From positions 14,074,001 through 14,138,000 of the forward strand of contig NC_045138.2 of assembly GCF_008831285.2 (NCBI RefSeq): a DNA stretch of 64,000 nucleotides. Direction: 5' to 3'. Source of the stretch: Nymphaea colorata (taxonomy: Eukaryota). The translations under genes and the position numbers were made by a program. A model generated the notes under the pieces. That model was not told the origin of the DNA. It did not search any database and worked only from the letters and a program-made list of their open reading frames with translations. Of the stretch, positions 23,943-37,280 are shown in pieces (within the stretch, counting starts at the first letter, position 1; each line of letters begins with the position of its first letter).

Positions 23943-26939
23943 GTTTCCATTCTGCAGACGAATACGAGGAAATCTTTTCCGGAGACGTGAGTTTCTTGTA
24001 TAATTCTACACTTCGTCTTCTTTTTTTAAAATGCTGGAATTGGGACTCCTGATAGCGGTTCGTTGGTTTGCATCTGTTCAGGATCTTGAGATGTACAATC
24101 GTGGGAGTCCAAGATCTGGGAACGGCTCCTTTGATTGCTAATTGCGTATATGAGAACGTTAAAAAGGTTGGTTGGTTCAATTTATGCGTGCCTTTGTGTC
24201 GCTTTTCTTCACTTTTTAGTTCAATTTGACGTATTTCCCACACTGCTTAGCTTTTTGACTCCCTCCATATTGGATGGGTGCACTTGATTCGTCTCCCATC
24301 AATATTATTAGTAAAACAAGAAAGGGTTTGATGAGTTTATGAATTTGAAAGAATTTAATCACATGGGTTATCTATCATGAATTATTCAGGAAACCTGCTT
24401 CCTTTTCTAGACTTCACTTTCCAACTTCACACTGCTTCCTAAATCCAATCACCTATTCTCTTGTAATATGATAGATGGAGACTGTGGATTCAATAATTCT
24501 ATTGCTCCTCTGACATCATTTATACTTTAATAAATCCGGCACGGGTTGCTTCATGATTTTGAAAAGTAAATATAATTTTCGTGGTTTATTGATTAAGATG
24601 CTCATCGCTATTATACCATTCTTATTTTAGAATGGGTCTCTTCTCGGCAATGAAATCATACATGGTGGGGGCTTTGCTTGCGATTATTTTGGCTTTAAAA
24701 CGCTGGAGAAGTCATACCTCTTCAGAGTTGAGTTTGATGCAAAAATTATCTAGAGCCGCAGCATATGCTAACGGGAGTTGCTCTTGGCGTCCACAAAAAT
24801 GACATTGAATCTGTTATAAGAACATGCCATTTGATGTTGCAGTGATGGTTCACATTTCAATACCAGGAATCTGAGCCCTCAAGTATAGTTTGGAAATACT
24901 TGATATTTTTTTAGGTTTTCGTTTACAGATGTTGTTGCAGGATGAGCATATAAACGCTTGACTTCATATATGTAATATGGGAAAGAAATATGGTGGTTAC
25001 TGTTTGTGAGGGGATTCATTCTCAAGAAAGTGGTATCAGAGTTGTGGTTAGAAAATTTACATGGGTTTTAAGACTGTAGCCCTAGGTTTGATATTAAAAA
25101 ATTTGATAGAAAGGTGAACTTTTTTATATGGCAAAGAAAGTTCAAAGCTCTGCTAGCACAACAAGGTTTGCAAAAAATCCTTTGTAGGAAAGTCAAAGAA
25201 GCCTAAGATAATATCAGACGATGATTGAAATTGTGCCTATCAAATGAAGTAACGTGCAATGCGACAGAAGAAAAGATTATGGCAGGGTCGTGGCTACGCC
25301 TAGAGAGCTTGGACATGATTAAGAATGTATCCAACAAGTTGCATTTGAAGAAGCAACTTTATGGTCTTAGCGTGAAGGTACTACCATTCTTGACCACCTT
25401 GGTGTGTGGAACAAATTGTTGCTAACTTGTATGGATGTTAAGCTTAAAGACAAGAACAAAGCTCTTTTGCCGCTACGTTGCTAACTTCATTGCCTCCAAC
25501 AAATGAGCATTTGATGGACACACTACTTACGAGAAAGGGACTAGAAAGATCAAAATTACGAACACTTTCATTTTGAATGAGATTAGGAGGAGATCATCAC
25601 TCGATGATAAAGGTGAGCACTGAGCGGTTGGTAGTGACGACATCCTTTTGTAGATATCAGAAAAGATGACCAAAAAGGTAGGAAGTAAAACCAAAAGAAG
25701 CCAGTACTTACTTTTAACTGCGGTAAGCAAGTGCACTTCAAAAATCAATACAGAGAGCCATCAAAGAAAAGCCAGATGAAAGGAGAAAGAGGTAAAAGCA
25801 TATAAAACAAACAATAAAGGATTATTAGTTCGAATTTGATTATTTTGCCAATTAACAAAAAACCTTGTATTTGTATATGCTAGGATCTAGATGGGGTTGT
25901 AGACAAAGGGGCCTCACAAAGGGGCCTCCTATCATGTCACTCCATGAGACTCTCCGCAACTACAAGACGGTCAATTTTGGTGTTGTCTAAATGGCAGATG
26001 CAGACATCTCTGTCATTGCAATTGCAAGTGTTAGAGATTTCATTTTCAAACCAGTGTTGGGCGTATGATGCTTAGAAATGTCAGGCATATTTCAGTTGGA
26101 AGGCTATATGAAGGCAATGCAGTTTGTTTGCCATGGAAAATAGAAACTTGGCAAGCTTACTTTGCCTTCTATGCTTAGCCTGAGGTAAGATGTCTGTGTC
26201 GTTGCTATGGTTGTATTCTAGTTTCATATTTCTGCTTAGTTTTATGAAGTTTATATTTCTGGTTTAGTATTTCGAGGCCTGTTTAAATTACTGAATCCAC
26301 TTTCTCGTGTACTTTCCGATTCATGCTATAATATATGAAACATGTTATGCCTATTCAAGAAAGTTTTGGGGTTCTGCAATCTTTCATTTGCAGGCCTGGC
26401 TGGTGAGGGCACGGTCTCTTTCCTAACCATTCATTCTCTTGTGAATTGACCAAAGAAGGGTTTCTAACCGTGTTATTTGTCAATTCATATTTACTCGCTT
26501 TCTTTCCGTGAGGTCATCATCACAAGAAAACCCTGTTATGTCAATGGATTAAACTCCTTTATTTCTTCTAACATTTCAGTGATTGAATCATGGATGGCTC
26601 ATTCATGTTCCAATTCTGGGTACCATTTACACCCAGATCATTGTGTTTGCTAGATTTTGAAAACTGGAATGCACTGTCTACGTTCTCGTGCTGCCGCCGA
26701 TGCAATTAAATTCACCGTGGACTTCAAGTCTCAAAGTACGTTCTCTCAAATTTCAATTCTTTCAGCGCTAGTTTCTGAGATCTTCTGCATAAATTTTTGT
26801 TGCTGTGTTAATATGAGTAATCAGCATTAGGACTAGCCAACGACCACGTATTATGACCACGTATTATGACATTGATACCAAGATGGCACATATGCTCTAT
26901 TCTCTAGAAAGCAAAGAAGAGTGCACCGCGTGGAGTTAA
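23943..26939 (+). pseudogene. RNR1: Unprocessed pseudogene of ribonucleoside-diphosphate reductase large subunit
   Basis: Exon remnants with GT-AG borders: 23943-23986 VSILQTNTRKSFPET; 24082-24166 MYNRGSPRSG/TAPLIANCVYENVKK; 24631-24882 EIIHGGGFACDYFGFKTLEKSYL..II*/PQHMLTGVALGVHKNDIESVIRTCHLMLQ*WFT..PQ; about 26133-26184 MENRN/GKLT/FYA*; about 26654-26735 LKTGMHCLRSRAAADAIKFTVD; last exon DIDTKMAHMLYSLESKEECTAWS* ending 26939. These match recalled RNR1 motifs (DYFGFKTLERSYL, ERPQHM, GLKTGMYYLRSRAAADAIKFTVD, EECMACGS). Stops at 24751 and 24843 plus several frameshifts. Confidence 0.92.
24971..26095 (+). mobile_element. Degenerate Ty1/copia LTR retrotransposon 5' part (PBS, gag, protease)
   Basis: PBS TGGTATCAGAG at 25031-25041 (initiator-Met type). 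Gag-like RFDIKKFDRKVNFFIWQRKFKALLAQQGLQKIL and LCLSNEV..WLRLESLDMIKNVSNKLHLKKQLYGL; protease-like VVDKGASYHVTP near 25900-25945. Many stops and frameshifts; ends approximate. Confidence 0.85.
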
Positions 26940-29180
26940 ATGAGTTAACAATGTTGTCTCGACGGGTCCTTGTTCTATGAAGCAGTCATCTGTAGATCGT
27001 GACATCTTCTTAAACGCCATATCAACTAGTATGGTAAATTGGTGGTAGATTCTAGTGGAAGCAGCGAAGTCTTGAAAGGATTGGTCGTACAGGTAAAAAC
27101 TTTTAATTTGTTATTAAGTGCTGATCTTGCATTTTTCCAGTAAACGCTTGGAATCTAAGCGTCTCTCTCTCTCTCACTCTCTCTTGCATAGAATTAGGTT
27201 AGATCGGCAATTATCCTGCTGAGTTGAAACATCCTGTGGTTTACGAGGACACTCTCGAATGATCAGGTCAAGGATGATGAGATTTAGCGCCCTATTATTC
27301 AGACATTAACAATGGGATATAAGTCACTTGCTTCAAAGAAACTTGACTGCATACTTAAGGAAAATAGTTGATCTTAAATGCTCAGAATGATTCAGGAAGC
27401 AATATGGATGCTGTAACTGCATTGCTACCTTCGCAGGCTAGACTTGTTCACACGGCATGATCTCTGTATAGTCAAATAGGACGGGTTCCCTGTTGCTCTT
27501 TATTTCACCATTAACAAATTGGAGAGCTTTCAAGACAACTTTGGTAGCGAGGGAAATTAATAAACGTAATATACTGGCATTCATGTGTTTCCTCGTTGAA
27601 GTCTTCTGGTGGTGGTTGCAGAAGCCAACCCACTAACTACCGGCACAGTTTCAGAATTTTCTGAAAAGTGGTCTTTACCCATTCTGAAAATTCTGAAGTA
27701 AATCAATCTACTGAAATGGAAGATTCAAAGTTGAGGACCTGCTTTTCCAGAATTTCTTGGATTGGAACTTTTCCAAGAAGAAAAAATAGTTAAAGACTAA
27801 AAGGTGGTACACTTCATCCTCGACTCCTTTAGAAAATGCTAAAAATGACAAAGGGAGTCTTCTCTGTAGTAAAACAGGAATTCAATGAGAAAATCGGTCG
27901 ACTATTTTCCTTTTGAACTTTTGGCACTTGAATGGTCTGCCATTTTTAGGACGAAACTAGATCAGAAGTTCGGAAGACTAATCTTAGGGCATGTTTGATT
28001 GCTTAACACCAATTTTAGGTGCACCAATCCGAAAGCAAAAGTTTTGCTTCCCAATGTGTTAGAACTTTTTCTTCGATGTGCAATGAGTAAGAGAGGATTG
28101 TTTTAACAGTGTTTCAATTATTGATGTCTGGCTGAGATTCCTGGCCTTCTCAAACAAGTTATTACATTACTGTGGGATAGGTATTTACCACTGTATGGAT
28201 ACTATTATTTGGCAGTTCCCTTCCCGAAACGGGGCACTCCAAATTGGACTTTCATCCCTTTTTTAGCTTTCCTGTAATTCAGAATCAGTCTTTCTTGACT
28301 TTTAGTTGAGAAGGTAAAATTATTCTAACTTATGCAGAATCTGTATGGCCAGCACAGTCTGATTGGTGTTTTGTAATCTGCATTCAAATGAACGAAAAAC
28401 CAACTCTCTCTCTCTCTCTCTCTCTCTCTTGGGTGGATTTTAAACGTTTGCAAACCTATAGCTATAGGTTTGAAAAGAGAAACTGAAAACCCGATATATA
28501 GATTAAATTTATGAGATGATCAGCCAGAGCTGCTGATCAATATTACAACAGAATTTGACGATAATGGTGGGGTCGAACTGCTGAGAACTGACTACAGCTG
28601 GTCGTGTGTGTGTGTTATTTTGAGCACACCTTGAGGGCATTTGGTTGCAAGTGGAACATACCTGTCACCAAACAACTGTGAAAAGAAATTGCCATATTTG
28701 TGCAATGGTTGTTCTTTGGTTCATTGTCAACAGAAAGAGAAATTGGGATGATAGGTTTCAGAGGTAAGAAGTTTAGCCAATGACTCCTTTGTCGAGTGAG
28801 AACCACTGTTTGCACAAGTTGAAGTGTGGCGGACTGAGACATGTAAAGCAGACCATATACCTTAGGAGAACAAGAGATTATGGAGAACCAGCGTCCACTC
28901 TATCTAAGGTGAAGAAGAAGGCTGAAATTTTGGAGCGCAGAAAAAAAAAAAAAGGAAAAAGGAAATGTTAGTCTTAAAAAATCTTTTAATTTGAAGACCA
29001 AAATACTGTGTGTTTTCTCTTGGCAAAATCTAGACGGTTCCTACCTAACCCTAATCTGGATAACTTATCCAAGAATCAAAACGCGATCCATTGCCTGCAA
29101 CTAAGGAACAAATTGTACTGCACGCAACTTTAGATTGGGACCCATGTCTCAGTGGAGCACTATTTTTTTTTCCTATTTTC

Positions 29181-29238
29181 TTATACCATAAAAAAAGCTG
29201 GGAATTTTTATACCATAAAAAAAGCTGGGAATTTTTTT
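29181..29238. repeat. Short tandem duplication (TATACCATAAAAAAAGCTGGGAATTTT x2)
   Basis: Directly visible. Confidence 0.85.
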
Positions 29239-32200
29239 GCAGGAAAGATGTCTTTCGATGCGTGCGTTGACTTCCATATTAGGAAGATTCAACTGATTCG
29301 CCGTGGACTTGGGAATAGAGCCAAGGTTGACTCGAGTGCTCGACCCAGTGGGTCCATTTTGGTTCATGACAAAATGAACCAGTGCGTTCGTTAACAAGAT
29401 CTCGAGTGGTTTGGAATTTTCACATATGCAGTTGAGAAATAGCGCCTACCCTCATTATCAAACCTGGTAGCTCCTCGGATGATCTTCTTTGGGAATGTCA
29501 ACTTCTCCAATTTGTTGGCTCCTCCACTACAACTAAATCCAGATCATTGGGTTTGACAATGAATGTGAAATCCAATTTAATAATGTGATGCATGCTTGAT
29601 TTGCATTTCACATCCCAGTCCATTCAAAAATTTGATACCAACTACTTGTAAAAGTCTGATATGATTTGGTTTGGTTTTATTTGAATTGGACTAAGCTTTT
29701 CTTGGATCTGACCCGTTTGTAATATTGGGTTTGTAAGGATCTCGACCAATTGAGATGCTATGTAAGGATTTGAATGCAATCGATGAAAGAATCAATCCTA
29801 CACACAAATAAACTTGATCAGGCTTTGCCGGTCAAAGTCCTTAGATTAGAGAAGGATCACTCGATCAGCTTTGGCGGACAAAGTCATTATCACTTCATTT
29901 TCCACTCGCTTTCTTCAAATCAGGTGCAGATGGAGGATTTGACCTGACTCTCAATCAAATTCCAAATAATTTAATTAATGACAAACAACATAAAAAAATC
30001 TTATAATAATTCAGCTGAACTCGTTATGAGATGGCAAAAAAATGGTATTGTACGCATTTTAAAAAATAAAAAGAGAATATATATATAACTAAAACTATAT
30101 GGCGTGTGACATCCATAAGGCGTTTATTAAGAAGAAACGTGCTTACACCACATATTCTTGTCAAAGAATCAACCTTATCAGAATCGGCCGGAATCTATAG
30201 CAAACTTAAAAATTCTGTGGTCCGTTATTAAATTAAGAACATGGATTCCACGAAAACAGTGTTCTTCTTTTCATGGATTCCTCAGATTTAATTTTTTCAG
30301 GCTGATTGGCGAACTTCTACGCCACTCTAAACAACTTTTAGAGATATATTGAATGAAGGTTGACAAAGAAAGATCATTTTAGTTATTCATAATAATCGAA
30401 GAACTGTGTTCGATAGTGACTTGGGAATACATTGCTGAGCACCCACCTGCTGCCTGCAGAAGAATTTGCAAGTTAAATATGATTTGAGCTAACTGAAACT
30501 AACTTATACAGGTAAGAATCAAAACATGTGGCTTTTGTCATTGGCGTCAATTGTAGTAACATTTTTTTTTCAAATAAAATAAAATTTTAAATTTTAATAT
30601 TTTTTAATTTTAAAAGTTAGAAAGGGGTCCTTAGAAAATAGGTCCTATGCAAGCCAAATTTTTGACTTTCGACAAGCGACAAAGCCTCTCAACTCGAGTG
30701 TTGCACCGAGGTAAAAAAAAAACTATAAAAAAAAAGAAAGTCCACATAAAAAAAAAAAAAAAGAAAGTCCAACAAAACTTTGCTAGTCCAAATCCAAGTT
30801 GTTTTTTCCGGTTGGTGGGTTTGTCAAAGTAAACATAAAACTCCAAATCGATGAATGTAGAAAAATACTTTTTTGCTCCCATTCTTCCTCTTTCTTGTTT
30901 TTGGCGACAAGGAATCAGGCTGCCCAGCAGACAAATTACTCACACATTTCCTGATCCAAAATCTTTTTGATCCAAGTCTCCAGGCAGGTCTTCTGCCGAC
31001 AGTTCCTCTAACACCAAATGGATATGGTAGACTCATATCCGATTGTAAGTCACGGAAAAGGCAAGTGACGATGACAGCAGATCCATGGCAGCATCAGCTA
31101 TTTTTTGCCATCATCAATGCGTCATGTTGGTTCTCAAAATTAAAAATTTTGCCAAAAAAACGTCCTAATTAATCTTTCATTAATGAGGTTTTTTTTTTTA
31201 CCTAGAGTTCCTTCATTTAATCCAGGTGGACAGATGTAAGAAAAAAAAAATCAAACATAGTTCGTCAGTCAGTGGTTCAAAATTTGAGTAAGTTCTTGCA
31301 AAATTTTCGTTAAAAGAGAATGTTTTCGTCAAGGAAATTTTAATACTTTAACTTCCTGGCCGTGCACGGCAATGCGATAAACGAGCAAAAGCAGTTGGGC
31401 CCAGCACCTCAGCTGTCCCTCTTATGATTATTACCTTTTCCCTTAAAAACTCGACCTCATGATTTTCCCTTTGGTCGGAAGTCGACATTTTCATTTTCAT
31501 GCTTAATTACGGTAGGATGGTAGCGCAATGGGCGGTTTGATTTTTTTTAAAGACTCATGTTCGAATTTTGGAGTAGTTATTATTACGTTTCAGTGTGCTC
31601 TACTTTTGAATTGTAAAAAGTTTTGAAGCATGTTATGTGAACCCAAGGAAGCGGGCAGAGGAGGGATGAGTGGCCTCTCTTAATAGCGGTGAAATGAACC
31701 ATTCACCCTTAAAGAGTAAAAAAAAAAAAAAATAAAAACAAAAAACTTCCATTCCCTAATCCTTTTCATCAAAATTAGGTTTATGGTCTTTATATGACTG
31801 TTGACTTCTCATCTTCTTCTTTCTTCCTCTGCCTCAAAAGGAGTCGGTGTCCTAGACAGTTTGTCCCCTACCAAACAGAGGGCGGCAAGGACTGGACCCA
31901 CCACAACTCTGGTTCATGGCTAACCTGATTGGAGTCGCCTGGATGTGGGCCTCCGAAGTGGGTCCGCACCCTTTGCCGTCGGAGCCAGGAGTTGGGTGTC
32001 CACAGCTTTGGACGGTACTAAATTAGCTTGAGTCCTTGACCTTCCGACATTTTGTTGAGCTGCAGTGTGAACCCTCTTAGGCAATGGTGGATCCCAAAAT
32101 ATTTGGCCTGAGGCTACAAATGATTGAAATTTTTAAACTTTCAAGAGAGACACCAATATGTAAATAAGGAAAAGACTAGGAAGTTACAGCACTGCTTTCA

Positions 32201-35200
32201 GATTCATGTGTGTAAACTAACTTATTTGCTTTACTTCAGTTTATTATTCTTCACTTTTTGGAGGGCACTTAGACCCTCAACCCACTTTACATATGTCAAA
32301 CGTGTTAAAATCTTATCTACATTTTATAATCATTAGAAAGTCATATCTTTTAATCTGCAAGGGTGAGTTTTAAAAAAGAAAAAAAAAAGAAGAAAGAAAC
32401 TACAATATTGTAAAATCTTATATAGAAAAAAGGAAATTTCGACGCATAACTGGATCCAAATTGTTTATCCTACACAACACATAAAATGCGTATGAATTTG
32501 AGAAAATTGTACCAAAAGCACCCATTAGTTGTAAAACCTTTCACCGAATGCTCCTATTGCATCATTTTAGTTTCCGAGTTTTTTCCATGTTTGCTAGAAA
32601 AAGGACTCCTGGTCTCGAAATCAATTGTTTGACACGGCTCGGTCAAAGCAAATAAAATGTTGCATTTATTTTCATTTAAAGATCGGAACTACTTTGTTCC
32701 GTCACTAAACTGTGAATGTATATTGGACCCTACGTTGATGGGATGTCACATTTCGGAATATATAATAGCATTTCACATCATGAGGTTAAAGCTTTGATAT
32801 AAATGCTCAAGGGACAAAATAGCGGGAGAAGTAGTTTTTGAGTGAGCGGGAAGTTAACAACAACCCACTGCCTACAAAAGACACCTGAAGGTCCCCGCTT
32901 CCCTCAAATTTCTTCTGCCTTTGGGGTCCTGAACTACATTGGGATCTTGACGGGTAGCGTGGGGCTCATCCACTTGAAATTACTTTCCTCTCCCCAATGG
33001 TTATCAAAAATTCCAACACTGTTCCCTTTATGTTTTCAATTTTTATAAGACTGCATCATGCTTGATCATATCTTTTAATCTTCGTTTATTGTCTTGATCA
33101 TCTAATTTATGAACTTGAGCCTAAAATGATGTGCGGCATAGCTGGCATAACTCACCGATCCGACTCGTGAATCGCCCGAATCCGCTAGGATCGTCCACTT
33201 ACTGGGGTCATGAATCAAGGCTCATCAAATCAGCTACGATCGTCAAACTAATAACATGTTATTTCTTGTCGTGCATTGTTAAATACTGAAATTTGTTACA
33301 TTTATAAATGTCAAAACATCAGAAACTTTATTTAATGTATACAAATATTCATATTAAATATTATTCAGATTTAGTTGGTAAGAAAAAAAAATATATCAAG
33401 GCCTGACAAGCCTAAAATGTGAGTCACTGAAACAATTCTCTGCTGCATGGTATTTTTTCTTAAATCAATTTCAGGAAGTTCTGGGAGCTGTAATATTGAT
33501 GAAAAAATTGAAAATTAAATCGGATCAGTCAGGCTGCAGATTTAGTTAACTTAGCTGGATTTAGTGATTTTAAGCTAAGCTATGCAGGCATATAACCTCC
33601 TCTCCTCTGCAAGCCGAAATTTAATTTCTCATCTTTCATATTTTACAGTTTCATATAAAACTCAAATGTACTTCTCTGACATAGAAGTTTTTATAGTCAA
33701 CTGGTTGCACATGCATGAGTCACAAGTGACAAGGATGCAGTTAGGAAGAAGAAAATTTTGATTATCAAAATGATCTTGGCACTCTCATTTTGGATTCTAA
33801 TGCATACTGAAGATTCCACAAATTGACTTCAGACGAGTCTTCTATTGAGACAAAAATGTGAATCATATCCCACCAATGGATGGCAGAGACTCGGTTATTG
33901 TGATCCATGTGACTATGCCATAAGTTTATCCATATACAAAACTATGGCATGGGCCCATGCATGAAACTTGTTCTGCAATGTCATGCTATCTGCTTTTGGC
34001 ACATGACTCTTCTTCACATCTGGATGCATCTTGCCCACTCAAAATGGATAAACAGGAAAAGCCCAACTCACCTTTCCTTTCCTATTCAATTTCTGTGGGC
34101 AAACTGGTGTATCCAAATTCGTCTCAAAGCTCCGTCACCATTTCTTCTGTAACACCCCAGAACGGGTTAGAACCAAAACTGCTAGGGAGGCAGGTTGGGA
34201 TCCGTCGAACCAGGGGCCCGAGCCCAGGAGTGGGTCGGGTTGTTACATCTTCAAAGTCCAAAGTACAATATTTTGGTTGGTTTTGGAATTAGACCAAGAG
34301 ATCTCTTAGGTATTTCTTCCAATAACAACTTACAAGGACCAATTTTCAAAATATTTGTATATTGAATATAGAATATTTATTTAATACTACATTTGAATCC
34401 AAATTCAAACTTGATCGGGTATTTAATTAAAACCGAAGCCAAATTCAAGTAGATATCATTTTTAAATCTGAATTTGATAAATAATGGCTGCAATCTAAAT
34501 AGAATAGGCTAAAGAATTAGATATTGTTAAACATGCATATGTACAGTAATTTCTTTTAAGTTTGTACTGGTGAAGGGTGTTTTAGTCATTTTCTCACTAT
34601 CCTCAGCTGAAGTGTTAAAAAAACTTCATTCCAAGTCAGCATATTCTAAAGGAACCTAAAGTGACAAGATTAATGACTTAGAATTGGTGTCTTCACTAGC
34701 TTGAACAAGTTGAACTTGTTCATTGAATGATTAGACTTTGTGCAATAACTTAATATGCTCCATAGTTGGCAAACTCGCTGCGTCGACTGGGGAATTGCTC
34801 GATTAATCTCGAATCCCTAATAAATCTGGCCATGAGTCAAGGTTGGCCTGGCTCGCCCCTGACTCTTCCGATGGATGCTGCAGTAGTGATTTATATTTTG
34901 GTTATTTGAATACTCGATCGAGTTGACGAGTCAACTCGCTAACCCAGTGACCCGGTCATCTGCCGATCGGAGAACAAGACACGGGTTGACCAACAATGGT
35001 ATGTTCCACATTCACTACTTTCTATAGACAAGGTCACGTTATTAGTCGTCAAAGAGCTTTATTATGACCATAATTTTGCGGCTAAACCGGAAATCCGCTT
35101 GGAATTGCATTCGTGGTGGTTTCATACCCATGTCTGTTGATAACAAAGGCCAAAGCATCAATTATTGGCTGAATTTTTATAAAATATGACATTTCCTGCG

Positions 35201-37232
35201 TATGGACAAATATGAGCAATTGTCAACTGCCTTCTTCCCCCACATATCATAGTTGTAAATGTGTCTTCATCTTCACATTCCTTCAAACGTTGGCAAGTAG
35301 CGCATCAACAGCTTTGCTTCTTTTGTATGACTGCTGAATTTTGAAGTTGACTCGCATTTTTTGTATGTTTCTTTTGTTTTGTTCGTGAAAATGAATGTCT
35401 TTAAAATGATGATTGTGCTGCCTCCCTCTCTGCATAAATGGCGCTACAATTTCGAACTCTTCCTCCTTTTTTGTTTTGGCTGCGATACGTCAGTTTTATA
35501 TATATATATGTATACTTTTGAATGGTATTCTTGTCTCTGAAAAATACAGTTTGGCTTATATATTTTTCAATGGACTGCTACATGTATAGAAGACTAGTGA
35601 ACTGTGGAGCCTGAAATGTTTGTCATCGCCTTAATTGGATAACCAAAAGGTCGAACCCTATGCGCTCAATCATGGACAAATCAATGCATGTTGTCGACAA
35701 GAAAGATGATAATCCATTCAGAAGTTTTCTTCTTTAGCCTTTTTTTCTTTTTCCTTTAATTAGGAGGTGTTTGATACACTCGAAATTTTAAAATCAAAAT
35801 GTCATTCCTCTTTGGGGAGGATTTATGAAATAATAAAAAATGTCAAACTATCAAGCCATCTAAATAATTTAGAAAAAAAAGAACTCCTTCTTGCCATTGT
35901 CTCAACGTAAAATCTCGCTTTTCGTAAAAACCATCAATTAAGAATGCTAGAAATGAAGGCTTTTTAACTCAAGAAATAGAAAATCCCTTTTGGCCTTCGA
36001 GTAGGGAGCGTTGGCTTGGGCCCACGCCACACCAGTCCGTGAATCTGCTCCTTCCTTCGGGCCACATAAATCCCTCACGTGCGTATTGGGCACGTCCGTC
36101 GGTCGCACCCTTTCTTTTTTTTTTTTTTTCAGTCACGTGATTTCCCTATTCAAAATAATCAATCTCTCAAACCTTTGAATTCAAAGACATCCATCATCGG
36201 AACTCGATCATTTATGCGCCGGAAAATTAAGTTCATCCTGGTCGGCCATTGGTCAACGGCGAATCGGTAAAGACCGAATCCTCCCACGTAGCAGTTTTCA
36301 CACGGCTAAGAGGAGAGAAGCCTAAATTGGAAATGTTCTGATTTTTATTAATAAAAATATAATAAACGAGTAAAGTGTATGCTCTTGTAGTCTTGTTCAA
36401 CAGGCAACCTTACTCCTTTTCTTTCTTTTCTTTTTTTTTTTTTAAATTGAAAAGTTCAAAACATTTTGATTATTACTGCTGTCAAAACTCTTACTCAAAC
36501 CGGTGGACCCAAGGTAAAAAAGAAAGGAAGGGATCTTAACTTCACGGTCCTTGTAATGGGTAATTTTAAAATGCTATACGTGGTTGAGGCCGGTGAAAAC
36601 AACTAACAACTGGCTGGCAAAAAGCATTAGTTTAGTCCCTTAAGTGTCTTTTGCGTCGGAGGAGGTTTTCAGTAAAAAAAGAAAAAGTCAAAAAACAAAG
36701 TCTGACTCGGCCCGAAGCGGGTTCACGCGTTGACCAAGGCGAACCGTGCCTTTCATCTTTTTGGTAAGAAGGCACCGAAGAAAGCGACGGCTTTTTGGAA
36801 ATAATAAAGGACGGTGGGGCCCTGAGAAAATGCGTGCTCCGATAAGGATGAGGGGGGGGGGACGGTGAAGCGTATCGGGTCATGTCGGTACCGTTTGGAG
36901 AAACCAATTCCAATCTGAATTCTCTCTCTCCGTTGAATGCCTATTTTACCCTTGGATGGTCAACCAGGACGCTCGAACAACTTTTCGATTGCAAATGGGC
37001 CCGATCCAAAATAGGGTTTTGGATTCTTACTTTTGAATCCCAGACCCGATCCATCTAACCTTTTTTTTTTACTCTGAAACATTATTTAAACCAACGTTCT
37101 TAATATCGGTTTTTTAGTTGTGTCCAGCAGCAGAAAGATTCACAGAATTGACAGAATGGAATTGGAATCGAACTGGTTTATGGATTGGATAAAAATTTTA
37201 TATACATTCAAAAGTGAAAACAATCAAAAGAC

Positions 37233-37234
<2 letters not shown>

Positions 37235-37279
<45 letters not shown>

Positions 37280-37280
37280 T
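37235..37280. repeat. (TAA)n microsatellite
   Basis: Directly visible. Confidence 0.95.
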
